The position numbers and the translations under genes were made by a program. The notes under the pieces were generated by a model. The model did not search any database. It had not been told where the DNA came from and saw only the letters and a list, made by a program, of their open reading frames with translations. Shown here one piece after another: positions 27,246-39,815 of a DNA stretch of 64,000 nt (positions are counted from its first letter, which is position 1; each line of letters begins with the position of its first letter). Source of the DNA: Camelus ferus (lineage: Eukaryota); the NCBI RefSeq assembly GCF_009834535.1, contig NC_045696.1, positions 63,986,001 to 64,050,000 on the forward strand, in the 5' to 3' direction.

Positions 27246-30200
27246 AATTTCTCCTTTAGAAAGCATTGATGATCAACCATTTAGTTATTCGGCATTGGTC
27301 TCAACTCCCTCGGCACTAGGAAGGCTTATTCCCAGAAAGCCATGTCTCATAAGAGGAGAGAGAGAGACGTGGTCATGTGGGAGGTGTATGCTTTTAGAGA
27401 GTTTATGACCACCTTTGAGCAATAAAGAGATATCTAGGAAGTGTGTCTTAGGCAGCATTCAAAACAGGAGAAATTCACAGCTCTTCAATCATCTCCAGAT
27501 GTTGAGCTGTCATTTTTCCTGTGAGGGGTGTCATAATATAGCAGTGAGAGACACAAAGTATAAACAGCTTAACAACAAAAAAGAGAGAACAAACTAGAAA
27601 AATAATTAGCATAGCTAGTTGCAATCTGGATTGCAATAAACCACCAAGTCCAGAGGGGAGCCAGCTGAAGGTTTCTAGATGTCGGAGATGAAGCCTGTTC
27701 TGCAGTTTGAAATGCCTCTATGATGTCATTGGGTGTTTAGGTAAATGGCAATTTTAGTTCTCAATGATTCCAAGTTAAAAGAATGGAAGAAAAACCAGAA
27801 ACATTAGTTTGGAGAGTCATACCAGATATTGGAGAAATCTGGACGAATTCAGGATCTAGTCTAGTTTACAGGTAATTGCCCAAATCTCAAAGACAATTAA
27901 CAGCACTAGAACTGAATATACCAAAGATGTATTATTGAAACCTAATTTTTCTCTCTAAAATCATTCTCATTTATATAGCCAAATTAAGACTAATTTGTTT
28001 GCAACATAAGTCTGTTTTCAATATATATGGCCTGATTATTTACATGAGTGAAAAAAAATAGCAACTGATCATATAGGCTCTTTTAAATCTGCTTTGCAGG
28101 AACTTTTCATAAGGAATCTCAGATTGAACTTTTAAAAGGCCTCTCCAGGCCAGGAACTTCAACACCTACAAATTTGGGTAAATTCTTCTCTGCTTGAGAT
28201 CCTCAAAATATCTTGAGGTTCCTGCACCTGCCAGGAACTGACCTTCTTTACTTAACTGGTAATGTTTCTGTGGAACTCTGTAAGCATGATACTAGGCAGC
28301 TATTTCCAAGAGTCTTTATTGGCTCCATAAAGTCAATCTTAGTGCCTTACAGCTGTCTGGTCATATCTGAGTTAATCTATGTCTCTGTCAAACAGGACAT
28401 TCCCGTCAAAGCCTTGGTTATATAACCAATGTTTTCAATTGTGTCCTGTTATAAGGAGAACAGAATCTTATTGAATTTATGCAAATAACCATATTGCCAT
28501 GAAAATAAGAATACTCACTAAGAGTTTCCAAATTCTAGAGGGATAAGGTAGGGAGAAAAAGATAAAAGTTTTATCTTTGTTTGCAAAGTGTGCATTATCA
28601 AACTGCTACAAGTCACAGCTTGAGAGAAAAAGTTTCTTTAAATCTAGAAAAGCAAAATATAAAATAACTGTCAATATTTTAAATAAAAAACATAAAAGTT
28701 ATAATCATCCTCATCAGTTCACTCATTCCTATGGAACTGTTCTTTTTTTGCAGGGGGAGGTGAGTAGGTTTATTTATTTATTTGGTTTTTCAATGGAGAT
28801 ACTAGGGATCGAACCCAGGACCTCATGCATGCTAAGCATGTGTTCTACCACTGGAGCTATACTCTGCCTCTAGAATTGATTCTTGAGCTTGGTTTTTTGC
28901 TAGCAGTTTTATGAAGCCATTGTTTCTTCTTTAGAGTGCTATAAATTCTTACCCAGTTCAATAGTAAGATCTGAAAGTTTGTCAGAAACCTGTCCTCTAG
29001 AGAAAGTGTCAGAGTCCTTTATGTGAATGTCTCTAAAGATGAAACGTATTTATAAAAGCATCAGAGTAAAACAATAACTATATGTACTTGATAAAAGAGT
29101 TAAATGGTATGGTTACAATGCAATTGACAAGGGAATTAGGTTTCTTCTGTGGCATACAACACTTTAATTTAATAACTAGGATTATGCCTGATAACATTAT
29201 GCCAGGACATATTAGATTTCCAGAAATTTCAGTTTCTGAAACACTTACAGTATATACCTATCCAGACACAACATAAAGAAGACAGTATTACTTCTTATTT
29301 GATAACACTTCCCATGTAATTTAACAGATCAAACAAGCCTGATTTGTTTAACATCTCCCTTTTTATAAGGACAAAGAACAAATCTGTGGGCTATCTCAGG
29401 GGTCTTCTGGAACATCTCATACCTCAAAGTTAGTTCTGAGTTAAAAAGACTTCATTTAGAATTTGATTTGGGGAAGTTTGTCAAAAATATCAAATGCCTT
29501 TTTTTTTTTAAACACTTGGACAAGTAGGCTCATAAATCACTGTGAAACAATGTTTAGTTGTTCATTTAACCAAAATGACAATTAAAGACTTCATAGGCAA
29601 ATGTAAAAGGTTATATAGTTATAAATAACCTTAGCTACACATTGTAGAAACTTTGTTTTCTAGACAGATAACATTAAAGGTAAAGAGAATCCTTGTTTAC
29701 AATTTCTCATTAAGACCAGACCAATAATCTCGAAAAACCTTTTCCTTTTAACAGAGAAAAACCAAATTTTGCACCAGCTTACTTTTGATATTAAAATTTA
29801 TTCATTTAATTAAATTCATCCCAATCTTAGCCAGTCTTGACTGCACATAAAATTCTTTCCAAAATTTTTTTTCCCTACAAACATTCTATGGCTTTCTATA
29901 TGTGTTTAAGTTTGCCCTTTGTTTTCTTTCCCATGTAGAAATAATCAACTTTTGGACAAAATTATTTTCTTTTCCCTTAAAAAAATGCTTTTCTAATCTT
30001 TATACCTTTAAAAACATATCATTGAATATGAAAATATTGTCCTTATTAATATTGGTAGTTTTAATTACATATATTAATTACAATATTTAAGCCTTAGAAA
30101 CCTTCATTTTTAGTAAAAAATCAAGAAGTAAGCAATTATGAACTTTTGCATTAGCAATCTAGATTGGCAAATTTATAATTACTTTTTATAATTTTTAAAA

Positions 30201-31665
30201 ACTTGTGCTTTCTTATAGAAAAGAACCAAACATATTTCTAATAGTCCCCAAATACCTTTAGTTTCTCTGTAAAAGGAGGCCTATCTTCAGTAATTAGTGT
30301 TTCAGTATCTTATTTGGGAATTATCTAGATATTTAATAAATTTCCATCATTTAACTTAATTTAGCAAGACCCTAAAGTTTCAAGTTCCAAAAAGGTTTGG
30401 GGTAACTATTTTGAGGTAGACACATCATACAACACAATTATTCTTAAAAGAGTTTACTTAAAAACTCTTATCCCATCTACATTTATTTAATTTACTTATG
30501 AAAATATCATACCAAGTTATTTTTCTTGCTGACAAATTTTGTAACAGAGATAACTTATTTGACTTTTAGTAAACTTAGGTACAATAAAAATATTATACAT
30601 AATGCTGATGACTCTAAAGGCATGTCTGTATTAATTAAAACAAACTTTACCTTTACTACTGAATATTAATTTAATACAGAATATTTCCCAGATCACACAA
30701 ACCTGAAATTCATTTGGGTTAGTTTTTACTATATTTCTGAGAATTAATTTGAGTATTTAATTTTCTTTAAGCCAATTAAATAGAACTCTTTTACAGATTA
30801 ATTTGGCAATTCTGCCCAAAGTTAGAAACACACGATGTCTTTAAGGCGCATACAGAGACATAAAGATGTCCAGGCAGACACAGACAGAGTTCTCCTAGTT
30901 TTCATTTTAAAACTTTAGTCATGAATTGGGTACAACAAAAAAGTCACTAGTTTATAAATAACAATTGGAATAAATGATGTCTGCCTCCTTCCTCATAGGA
31001 CCAAATTCTTATATTATGTGTGGGAAAGACTATAAGATTTGTATCTGCCTTTGACAGACAATTTCAAGGAGGCTGTTTGAGCAAGACAGTCCTTTTAGCA
31101 GTTTGAGTTAAAAAGCCTCTTTTCCTTTGTTTTTTGGTCTTAGGAATTAGAGATGGCCTAGATAAGAGTTTCCTGAGAAGACCAGGTAGAACATTTATGT
31201 CCTAAAGGTACAGCGAGAGAGATGCAAGCTCCTCCTAGAAGCACTTCTGTTCCCTTAGGATCAGAATTTGTTTTTTAATATTTTTTCAAAATGGCCATAA
31301 TAACCATAGACATTTTCATCAGGCCCTTAGAATTATTGTTGCCTTCTGCAGGGTCTTAATCTCAGTGTTATAAGAAGAAAATTCAGGAAAAAAATGGTGA
31401 ACAAAATCCCAAAAGCAGAAGTCAGCCACCCAAACAAAATGGGAAGCAAATCCCAGAGGCCACCTGAACAATACAGACAAAATGGGAAGCGAGCCTGGAG
31501 GACAGCAGCCAGCAACGGAGGACCCCCAGATATATGAGAACCTCCACCAAGGTGGGAGGTTTCAGTCCAGGAGGACTTCCCACCAAGTTCCGGGGCCCCA
31601 GAGGAGACGACAGACCACAGTGGGCTCTTGTCAGGATCCTGCTCAGATCCAAGGCAGTGTATCCA
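27246..31665 (-). mobile_element. Decayed ERV internal region (MER4-group/ERV1-like), no intact gag/pol/env
   Basis: Contiguous with the LTR and purine tract; AT-rich text typical of MER4-group internals; GC-richer leader-like segment at 31400-31665. Family assignment is from pattern recall only. Confidence 0.6.
28742..28868 (-). mobile_element. Vic-1-like SINE nested in the ERV
   Basis: ggagatactagggatcgaacccaggacctcatgcatgctaagc...ggagctata. Confidence 0.85.
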
Positions 31666-33648
31666 TCTCCAAGTGAAAAATACTGATTTCCTAATATGTC
31701 CGGAACTGTGCAATGGGTTACTGTTTTCCTCTGAAGGCAAGCTCAGAAATACTGCATTTTGTGGAGTGACCATTACACTCCTTTTGAATTCCAAGAGATG
31801 AGGAGGTTATAGCAAAAAGTTGAAGGAAAATAAGCAAGGTCACTCATTTTATTCAGTATAAAAGTTAGCATTCCCAGGTTCAGAAAGTTCAAGTTCACAG
31901 GGAACTAAAAAAAAGCCCAAGTTTGCTTCTCTATTCTCTTTCGGTCCAGGTCAAACATAAGTCTTCTGTGTACATTCAATTCTTTGAAATCCACTCTTAA
32001 ATTATTTGAAGTCCTCCTCTTTAAGAGTTCAAAGGCAGATCTGGTTAATTCTCTTGGTAAAGAGGAGGTAAAGTCTATTCAATGAGACTTGAGGTGTTAA
32101 AAAGTCAAGATTTATCAGGCAAACAATTTGGACTATTTGCATTACAAAGCAATTACTGTAAGTGGTGGTTCTTCTGGTGCATTTAAGGGCTTTTAAAGAT
32201 CATTAACTGCTTGAGAGAGCTGGGAAACAGATAGAAATGGAAATAGCCTTTTCCAGGTAAATAGACTTCTCCAGAAAAGAGAAATAGACTCTTAGAAACT
32301 CTAAAGTTTCCTTAAAGGGAAAATAAGTTTCTATTTACAGAAAGATCCCAAGAGCAACACACTATGGAAGTGGGGTACAGCTCTGTCACCAGCAGTTGTC
32401 ACACCCAGCTATGGGCCACACCCCGGACCAGGTCATTAAGTGCTACTGCATGTAATCCTTCAAACATTCAAACATCCATGACACGTCTTTTATCTCCCCA
32501 CTTCCTGGATAAAAAAATCAGGTTCAGAGAATTGCAGTGATTTTTTTCAACATGGTGTGGAGCTGAGATTTGAACTCACAAAGGAGCCTGTGCTCTTTCT
32601 ATCCTGGACAACACCAAGCTGAACACAGAGAAGTTGATGATGTCACCCGAGTGACCACTTCTTAGGGACACACTGTCCCTTTCACTTCTTTGCCTCGCCC
32701 CCCAAAAAATGTGGGTGAGTTTTTTTAAAAACTATGGATGATTTTACAGTCTTTAACAGGGTAGTGAATAAGACAAAAGTCAAGAATACTGCCTTATTCT
32801 AGGAAAAATGTTTCACTGTGGCATCTTTATTTAACTTCAAGAATTCTACTTTGCATTATGCAGAATTATGAGTTAAAAGACCCTGGTGGTAAAAGGGAAT
32901 GACAGGAAATGAGTTTAAAGGCAAATATATCCAAGCACCTTCTTCAATTTAGTGATGCTACCAACTGTAACAAGACGAATTTCATCTTTTAATACTCACC
33001 TAGACTAAGGCATGCAGTTGGTACATTGGATTAACACTGGCCCGTGAGAACTTGGGAGTGCCAATGTTCCACTTTGCCTTTCCTGTTTTAGAGACAGTCC
33101 AGAGGTCTGTTTGTGGTTGTAACAGAGCCAGAGAGTGACAGCTGGATTTTAGGAATCAGATTCTCTGTTGCCAGGAGATCAGAGATTCTGAGAAACTGGA
33201 TGCTGTTTGTTACACAGAGCAGAATTCAAGGTGATTTTTATACATGAGCCACAAACCATGGGATGACTTGTTGAAACAGAGAGGAAGGAGCCGAGATTCA
33301 GGGTGGGAAGACCTGGTCTCAGGTCTCTGTTCTCTCTTACTCCCCGTAACAGACTGGCTTGGGTAATTAGTAGCCTTGTGGGTGGGCAGTTTGCTCATCT
33401 GCAAAATGGAGACGATAATACTGACTTTGGAGAATTGTGATCCTAAAAGAAGACAACTGACACAAAAGGTTTTTTATAAACTGCTAAGTAATCATTGGAA
33501 ATTTAGTAGTTAGTATTATGTGCTTCGTTTAAGAGGACCAAGAGTAGGTTATCTCCATCATCGTCCTTACTTGGTGACGCGAGGTCTCTGGTGCTGATGC
33601 TCCTTTTGTCATTTGTGTTCTTATTTACCTACAAATGATGTGCTTTTC

Positions 33649-34104
33649 TTTTTTTTTTTTTTTTTTTACCATTTTTTTATTGATTTATAATCATTTTACA
33701 ATGTTGTGTCAAATTCCAGTGTTCAGCACAATTTTTCAGTCATTCATGGACATATACACACTTATTGTCACATTTTTTTCTCTGTGAGTTATCATAACAT
33801 TTTGTGTATATTTCCCTGTGCTATACAGTATAATCTTGTTTATCTATTCTACAATTTTGAAATCCCAGTCTATCCCTTCCCACCCTCTGCCCCCCTGGCA
33901 ACCACAAGTCTGTATTCTCTGTTTATGAGTCTATTTCTGTCCTGTATTTACGCTTTGTTTTTGTTTTTTAGATTCCACATATAAGCGATCTCATATGGTA
34001 TTTTTCTTCCTCTTTCTGGCTTACTTCACTTAAAATGACATTCTCCAGGAGCATCCATGTTGCTGCAAATGGCATTATGTTGTCGATTTTTATGGCTGAG
34101 TAGT
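33649..34104 (-). mobile_element. Young 5'-truncated LINE-1 with poly(A) and TSD
   Basis: Perfect 14-bp TSD ATGATGTGCTTTTC at 33635-33648 and 34105-34118; poly-T tail; L1 3' UTR and ORF2 end. Confidence 0.92.
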
Positions 34105-36392
34105 ATGATGTGCTTTTCATACCAAGTTTTTCACTGAAACTTTGTCCTTTGGCAATCTTAGTTCAGGCTGGATATAATAATGGCAATCCAATCAAGTTGT
34201 ATTTTTAAACAAAATGTAGACTAGAGCAGAGGGTAAGATGGGACCCTGGAGGGGCTACAGGATGAGAATGTCAAATCACTGCCCTGATAGTTACCAACTG
34301 TGCCTTAGTTTCCTCCCCTGTACAATGGGGAGGAGAATGAACAGCAACTACCTCATAGGGTTTTTGAGCTTTAAATGAGATCATACACATGTAGCATTAT
34401 GTGCCTAGAACATAGTAAGTGCTAAATAAATATTAACTATTTTTATTACTGTTATTATTAGAAACTCAAAGTTCTTCTCATAACATGAGCCACCGATGTG
34501 CTCAAAAGCAAAGCTATGTATTTCTGAGCTACGTCATGGTGTGCTCTGGGGTGATGGTCACATAGTCCACAGTATACAAAACACGTCCACCAGTTCAGTG
34601 GCTTGATCATTGGAAACGTAGCCATCTTTGGTCATTCTTAGTCTCTGAAGGTAACTCCATGCACATTTGATTTGATTCAATTTAGTAATTTGTTTTAAAA
34701 TGAGGTAAGAGCCAATTTTACCGACTTTAAAAATTAACTCATTAACTTTCAACTTTCTACTAAGGTTTCTTCCCTCCCCTCCTCTCCTTCCCCCTTTTTC
34801 TCTCCTTTTCTTTCCTTTCTCTTCCCTTGCTTCCCTCCCTTCCTCTTCATTCCACTCTCCTCCCTACTTCCTTGGCTGTGCTTTACCTCCTCCTCTCCCT
34901 CCCTGAGCTTCTCTCTTCACTCTCCTTCTCTTCTTTTCTCAGAATCTGTGCTGAGCCTGGCAGGAGCACAAGACATGCACCAGACATGATTCCCTACCCA
35001 CAGTCCAAGAGAAGTCATAAGGTGAAGGGGCAAAGGGGGATGCAGTGTGGTAGGATGTGGTAAGCATCTCAAGTACCCTGATGATATAGAGGAAAGATCA
35101 CCCAGAGAAATTAGAGAGGTTCCCATGATGTGAACTTTGAGCCAGACCCTGATGGATAGTTAGGATCTGGCCCCATGAAGACATAAAGAGAAGAGAGAAG
35201 GATGTGCATTCCAGGCTAAGGAGGCAGCAAGAGCAAAGGTATAGAGGTGGGCTTCTCTGCAGGAGAATCAACACCTGCTGTACCTTCCCTCTGCTTTCTG
35301 CAGAGTCAGCTCAGACACTCTTCATGGCAGAAGTGGGTGTGGTGGAGACAGTCTTCACCTCTGACCTCTATTCCCCAGGCACCACATTGTTTCCCAGGCT
35401 TGACTTCCTTGGCCATTTTTCCTAGCTCCTGAAGTTTACCAGGCCTCTCTTGTGCTCCCAATTACCTTCTGCCTTGGATTATTCACTTAGTTCTCCTAGC
35501 TTATCTTGAAGGTAAGGACCGTGTTTTACTGTCCCTCATATCTCATCCATGTGGAGAATTGCGACCGCTCAGTGAGAATCTGATGAATGAATGGGGAAAA
35601 GACTGAACTCATGAACTGAACATGCCCATGTGTAATTGTCAAGAAGTTAACACAGGTATCATTTAGGAAGCTACCTTCATGCATGACCCTAATTGAAGCC
35701 ACGTCCCTTTTCCATTCACTGATGACTCCATCACTGAATAGAACTATAGGGAGCAGCAGAGTAACAGGGACCGGAATGGTCCCTTACAAACTGATGTGAT
35801 ATTAACAATGGTTATTATCTGAATGGGTAAATGCTACACATAAAATCCACTCGGATGTCTTAGAATCTTTTGGAGTTAGTATAGTGACAGGACCCCCACC
35901 CAGACTGCTTCCACCCCCATGAAAGAGTGTTAAAGGGTTGTTCTGGAAGAGGTGGAATTGAAGTCAAGTCTCAAAACATGGGGATGGTTCAGCTGACCTG
36001 GTTTCTTAACCTTTGAGACCTACAGAAACACTTTGGAATGCTTGCTTGGTTTTTGGGTTTTTTATTTTTTTAATTTTTTTCAGTATGAAATTTGCATCTG
36101 GCCATAGTCCCATGGTTGGAAGGTAATAGGAAAAACTAGCTCTTGCCGAAGACTCTGCCTCATGACTCAGGCCAGTGCCTCATACTTACATCCCAGTTCC
36201 TCAGTAAGAGATGACAAGGCTTTTTCTCTCAAGGCTCTGGGTCTACCAGCTTTCAAAGGCATATCATTCTATCTAGAATGTTTATTAACTCCATAAACTT
36301 ACAGAATTATGTTAAAATGATGCTTTTCAGGTTGAATTTTAGCCTGATGACTTCTCTGAATTTCCCGGGGGTTTTGGTGTTTATTTTCTCAG

Positions 36393-36539
36393 GATGAATT
36401 CCAGACTTACTCTTGGAAAAAGGTAGTGTGGATCTACCTGTCTGCGTTAAACAGCACATTTCCTCTCACTCCCAACCACCCCCTCATCTCCGATGAGGAG
36501 TATATCATCAACAGAGCCATAAGGAAGCCAGACCTAAAG
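36393..36539 (+). CDS. ATP13A4: ATP13A4 coding exon 3
   Basis: ttttctcag| 147 nt |gtaagc, phase 0-0; DEFQTYSWKKVVWIYLSALNSTFPLTPNHPLISDEEYIINRAIRKPDLK directly continues exon 2 and matches recalled ATP13A4 better than ATP13A5. Confidence 0.95.
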
Positions 36540-36659
36540 GTAAGCCCATTCATGGCTACTGCAGGGGCTAGAGAAATTGAACCTTTTTTCTCTCCAAATT
36601 TAAGATTAAATTCAGATCCTCCACTGTGCCAATCTTTCATTGACAATGTAGAACATTAT

Positions 36660-36890
36660 AAAGAACACAGATTTTGGAGCCAGACAAAGCTCAATTCAAA
36701 TCTCAGCTTCATCCTTCTAAAATGTGCAACCTTGGATCAACCGCTCAACTCGGCCGAGCCTCAGTTTTCTCATGTATAAAAAGATGTTAATACCTACCTC
36801 TAATATTAATTGATGAAATTCAATAAAAACTAAGAGATACAAAGATCAATGTGGTGGGAGGTACCTAGTAGATGCTCAGTGCATACTAGC
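36660..36890 (+). mobile_element. MIR SINE
   Basis: gattttggagccagacaa...tgtgcaaccttgga...gagcctcagttttctcatgtataaa. Confidence 0.7.
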
Positions 36891-38219
36891 TCTTAGTAGC
36901 ATCATACATTGTGTTGTAATCTATGTAACAGGGTTTATCACCCAGGAGTATCTAGGGAGTTTGCTATGTCTGCCAAATGACCTTATTTTGTATTCTGTCA
37001 TTCAGATGTATTTGGGTTACTCCCTTCTCATCATATTAAATGAATACAACTTGGGTTATGACTAGCTAACATTCATATTTAAAACATTTTATAACACAGA
37101 CTGCTTTCTCTTAAATTTATATATGTGTAGACAGTTGTTTAAGCTGGTTTTATGAGCTCAAGGTCAGTTTTTTTTAAATAACCAAAGTCAATTTCTCAGC
37201 AGCTTCTCTACTGTCAATTGTTATTACCTAGTTGTCTTAACTTGCAAAGGAAACAAACAAAACGTGGTCAAGAGCCTACAACTAACAGATTGCTTAATCT
37301 GTTAGGTGGCCGTTCACCTGGAGAAGCAGGCATCCCAAATCAGCCTTATGGGCCTGGCCTCAGAGTATTGCTGACCTCCAGCATCTTTAACTGCATAAAC
37401 AAACAGGTGGACAAACAAAAGAAGAATATTAAAACAAACGAAATATGAGGAAGGGGCAGAGGTTGTGAAATGGAAAGTCCTGGCCCACAGGCTTGAAAGC
37501 TTCGTTTACCAGCATATAGCACAGGGAGCTTGGTTGGTTACTGCCTCCCCGAGCCTTGAGTTTCTTATTGATAAAATAAGAGTAGTAACACTTTCTCTGC
37601 CTGCTTCTCAGGACTGTTGTGAACCTAAAATGAGAAGATCGACACTCAGGTGATTGGTGAGCGGTCATGAGATGTATTCATATAAAGGACTGAAACTTTT
37701 ATTAAAATTGGAAGATGTGTCACAGGCTCAGCTGTGGCAACAATGATGACAATAACAGTAATAACACAAAACCAAAATGGTAACCGTTCAGGGCCACGTA
37801 GGGGGAGTTTGGAGACTGTAGCAAACGTAGACTAAGAGGAGACTCCAAGGGCCATTTTGTAGGATCACATACAAAACCGAAACCCAGTGCTTAACTTGTT
37901 AAACAGGATTCTCTTACAACTTGTTCCAACAAGCAGTGGAGAGTGGGAAGCCTGGGGATGGAAACAATTCCTGGTTCTGAGCAGAAAGATGGAAATCGTC
38001 CCACAGCTGATCCCTGATTTCTTAATTGCTGTTTCCTGGTCTGAAGTTCCAGAAAATGGACAAATAAACTCCACCCCTTGCAAATATGATGCTTAACAGC
38101 CTCTTACCAGCTTCCAGAGCCTAGGAAGGGAGCAGAGATAGTCCAGGCAGAGATGTTTCCTGCTAGGGGAATCGCAAAGGTATTTAAGAGGTCTATGATG
38201 GAGTCCACTCTTCTCACTC

Positions 38220-38319
38220 NNNNNNNNNNNNNNNNNNNNNNNNNNNNNNNNNNNNNNNNNNNNNNNNNNNNNNNNNNNNNNNNNNNNNNNNNNNNNNNNN
38301 NNNNNNNNNNNNNNNNNNN
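38220..38319. other. Assembly gap (100 N)
   Basis: Exactly 100 N, the usual placeholder for a gap of unknown size. Confidence 0.99.
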
Positions 38320-38383
38320 ATAACTGCTATGTGCGTCATCCAAAGTCCCAAATACAAGGATGGACACCAGCTACTAAAGACAC

Positions 38384-38389
38384 TTTATT
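38384..38389 (-). terminator. MUC13: MUC13 polyadenylation signal AATAAA
   Basis: Plus-strand tttatt, following a U-rich upstream element in the 3' UTR. Confidence 0.8.
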
Positions 38390-38610
38390 TGTTAACAGTC
38401 AAGAACAAATAATAACAATAACAAATAAAAATGACTTGCCCAAGGAGACCAGACATTAGACATAAACAAGGATACTATTATCATTAAAGAAAGACTGTGC
38501 TGGATGTAGCTTCCCCCTTTCTTGGCTGTATGTGTGTTGGTAGCCCCTGCTAAGCCTCTGTCCCCAGGGAAGGCCTCTGTTCTTTAGTGAGGCTCCAGAA
38601 TCTGCATCAC

Positions 38611-38724
38611 GAGGGAGGGTATGTGTTTAGCATGCACGAGGTCCTGGGTTCAATCCCCAGTACTTCCATTTAAAAATAAATAAACCTAATTACCTCCCCC
38701 TCAAAAAAAAAAAAAAAAAAAAAA
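38611..38724 (+). mobile_element. Vic-1-like SINE inside the MUC13 3' UTR, antisense to MUC13, A-box region deleted
   Basis: B box ctgggttcaatccccag and poly(A); TSD core GAATCTGCATCAC at 38598-38610 and 38731-38743. Confidence 0.88.
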
Positions 38725-39619
38725 GACCCGGAATCTGCATCACAAGACTGAACATCTGGATCCAGAGCACAGCTGCCTCTCACCATCAGCCAGACAGAAG
38801 GCCTACAAGTTTGAAGTGACTTTAACCTCTTGCTCCGGGAGTTTTATCTTCACACCCTTTCCTAGCTTCTGAGTCTTGGGTGGGACACGAAGTAGAGGAA
38901 GTGCCCATTCGCTCATCGAGGGGGGACTCTGAGGGTGAAGGTGGGTCCTGGGTATCTTCTCCCTGACTCAGCCTCCCCGTCCAGCTTCCTTACAGTCACT
39001 TGCCCGAGAATGAACCCAAGAACCTTAAAGGATGGTGTCTCTTCCCATCCCCTGGGACCTCCACAGCTGATGTGTAAGAGTCTCCCAGAATTAGGTCACT
39101 TATGCACAGGCTGTCAACTCAAAGTGACACTCTTGTAGACTCTTCCAGGAGTGAACGATCTGGGGCACTTCCGTCTAGATTGGAAATGGTTACTGTTGCT
39201 CCACCGTGTAAAAGAAACCCCAACCCCTGTACTGACTGGAGCAAATCAACTATCTTAACAAGTGCTGGTCCCATCTGTGTGCATTTAATTTCACAGGTAC
39301 TTAGCAAACAAACTGTATTCACTGCAAATTGTCACAACTTCCATTCAGAGAGGCTAGGTGTTGGTTGGAAGAGAAATCCCAAACGTCAGAGCTTCTCAGC
39401 TGCTCACGTCTCCTTCAGTCTTCCAAACACTTGAAGTAAAAGCTCATATGCTGGGTTCAGGGCCATGAATGGTCCCAAACTTTTACCATCCTAGACAAAA
39501 AGAGAGGTGGGGGGGAATTCTTAGAAAAGTATTCCAACAGAAAACGTATGAGACAATTTAGATTCATAAAGGATTACTATAATTTTAATTAACATTATTT
39601 AATACTACTGTTCCAATTA

Positions 39620-39815
39620 GAACCCATCATTGTGCTGAGTTCTTTATGCATATTAGCTTATTTGATCTTTATCCTTTGAAGGAGGCATCCTTTTGTCCAT
39701 TTCACAGATGAGAAAACAAACCCAGAGAAGTCAGGGAACTAGCCCGAGACCACAGACTTAGTAGCAGGAAGGGCAAGGCTGGGAAGCCAGGTGTCTGATT
39801 TAAATCCCACACCGA
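39620..39815 (-). mobile_element. MIR SINE
   Basis: ccatttcacagatgagaaaacaaacccagagaagtcagggaactagcccgagaccacag. Confidence 0.65.

Larger units (their letters stand above)
38365..39490 (-). other. MUC13: MUC13 terminal non-coding exon (exon 12, 3' UTR)
   Basis: Acceptor ctctctttttgtctag| at 39490; blocks resemble the recalled human MUC13 3' UTR (gcctctctgaatggaagttgtga, aaccatttccaatctaga, ttatttgttcttgactgttaa); 3' end estimated from the AATAAA. Confidence 0.75.

Noticed and set aside
31905..32075. Short - strand open frame (FTSSLPRELTRSAFELLKRR...) with a downstream AATAAA
   Set aside because: No recognisable homologue or partner exons; length compatible with chance.
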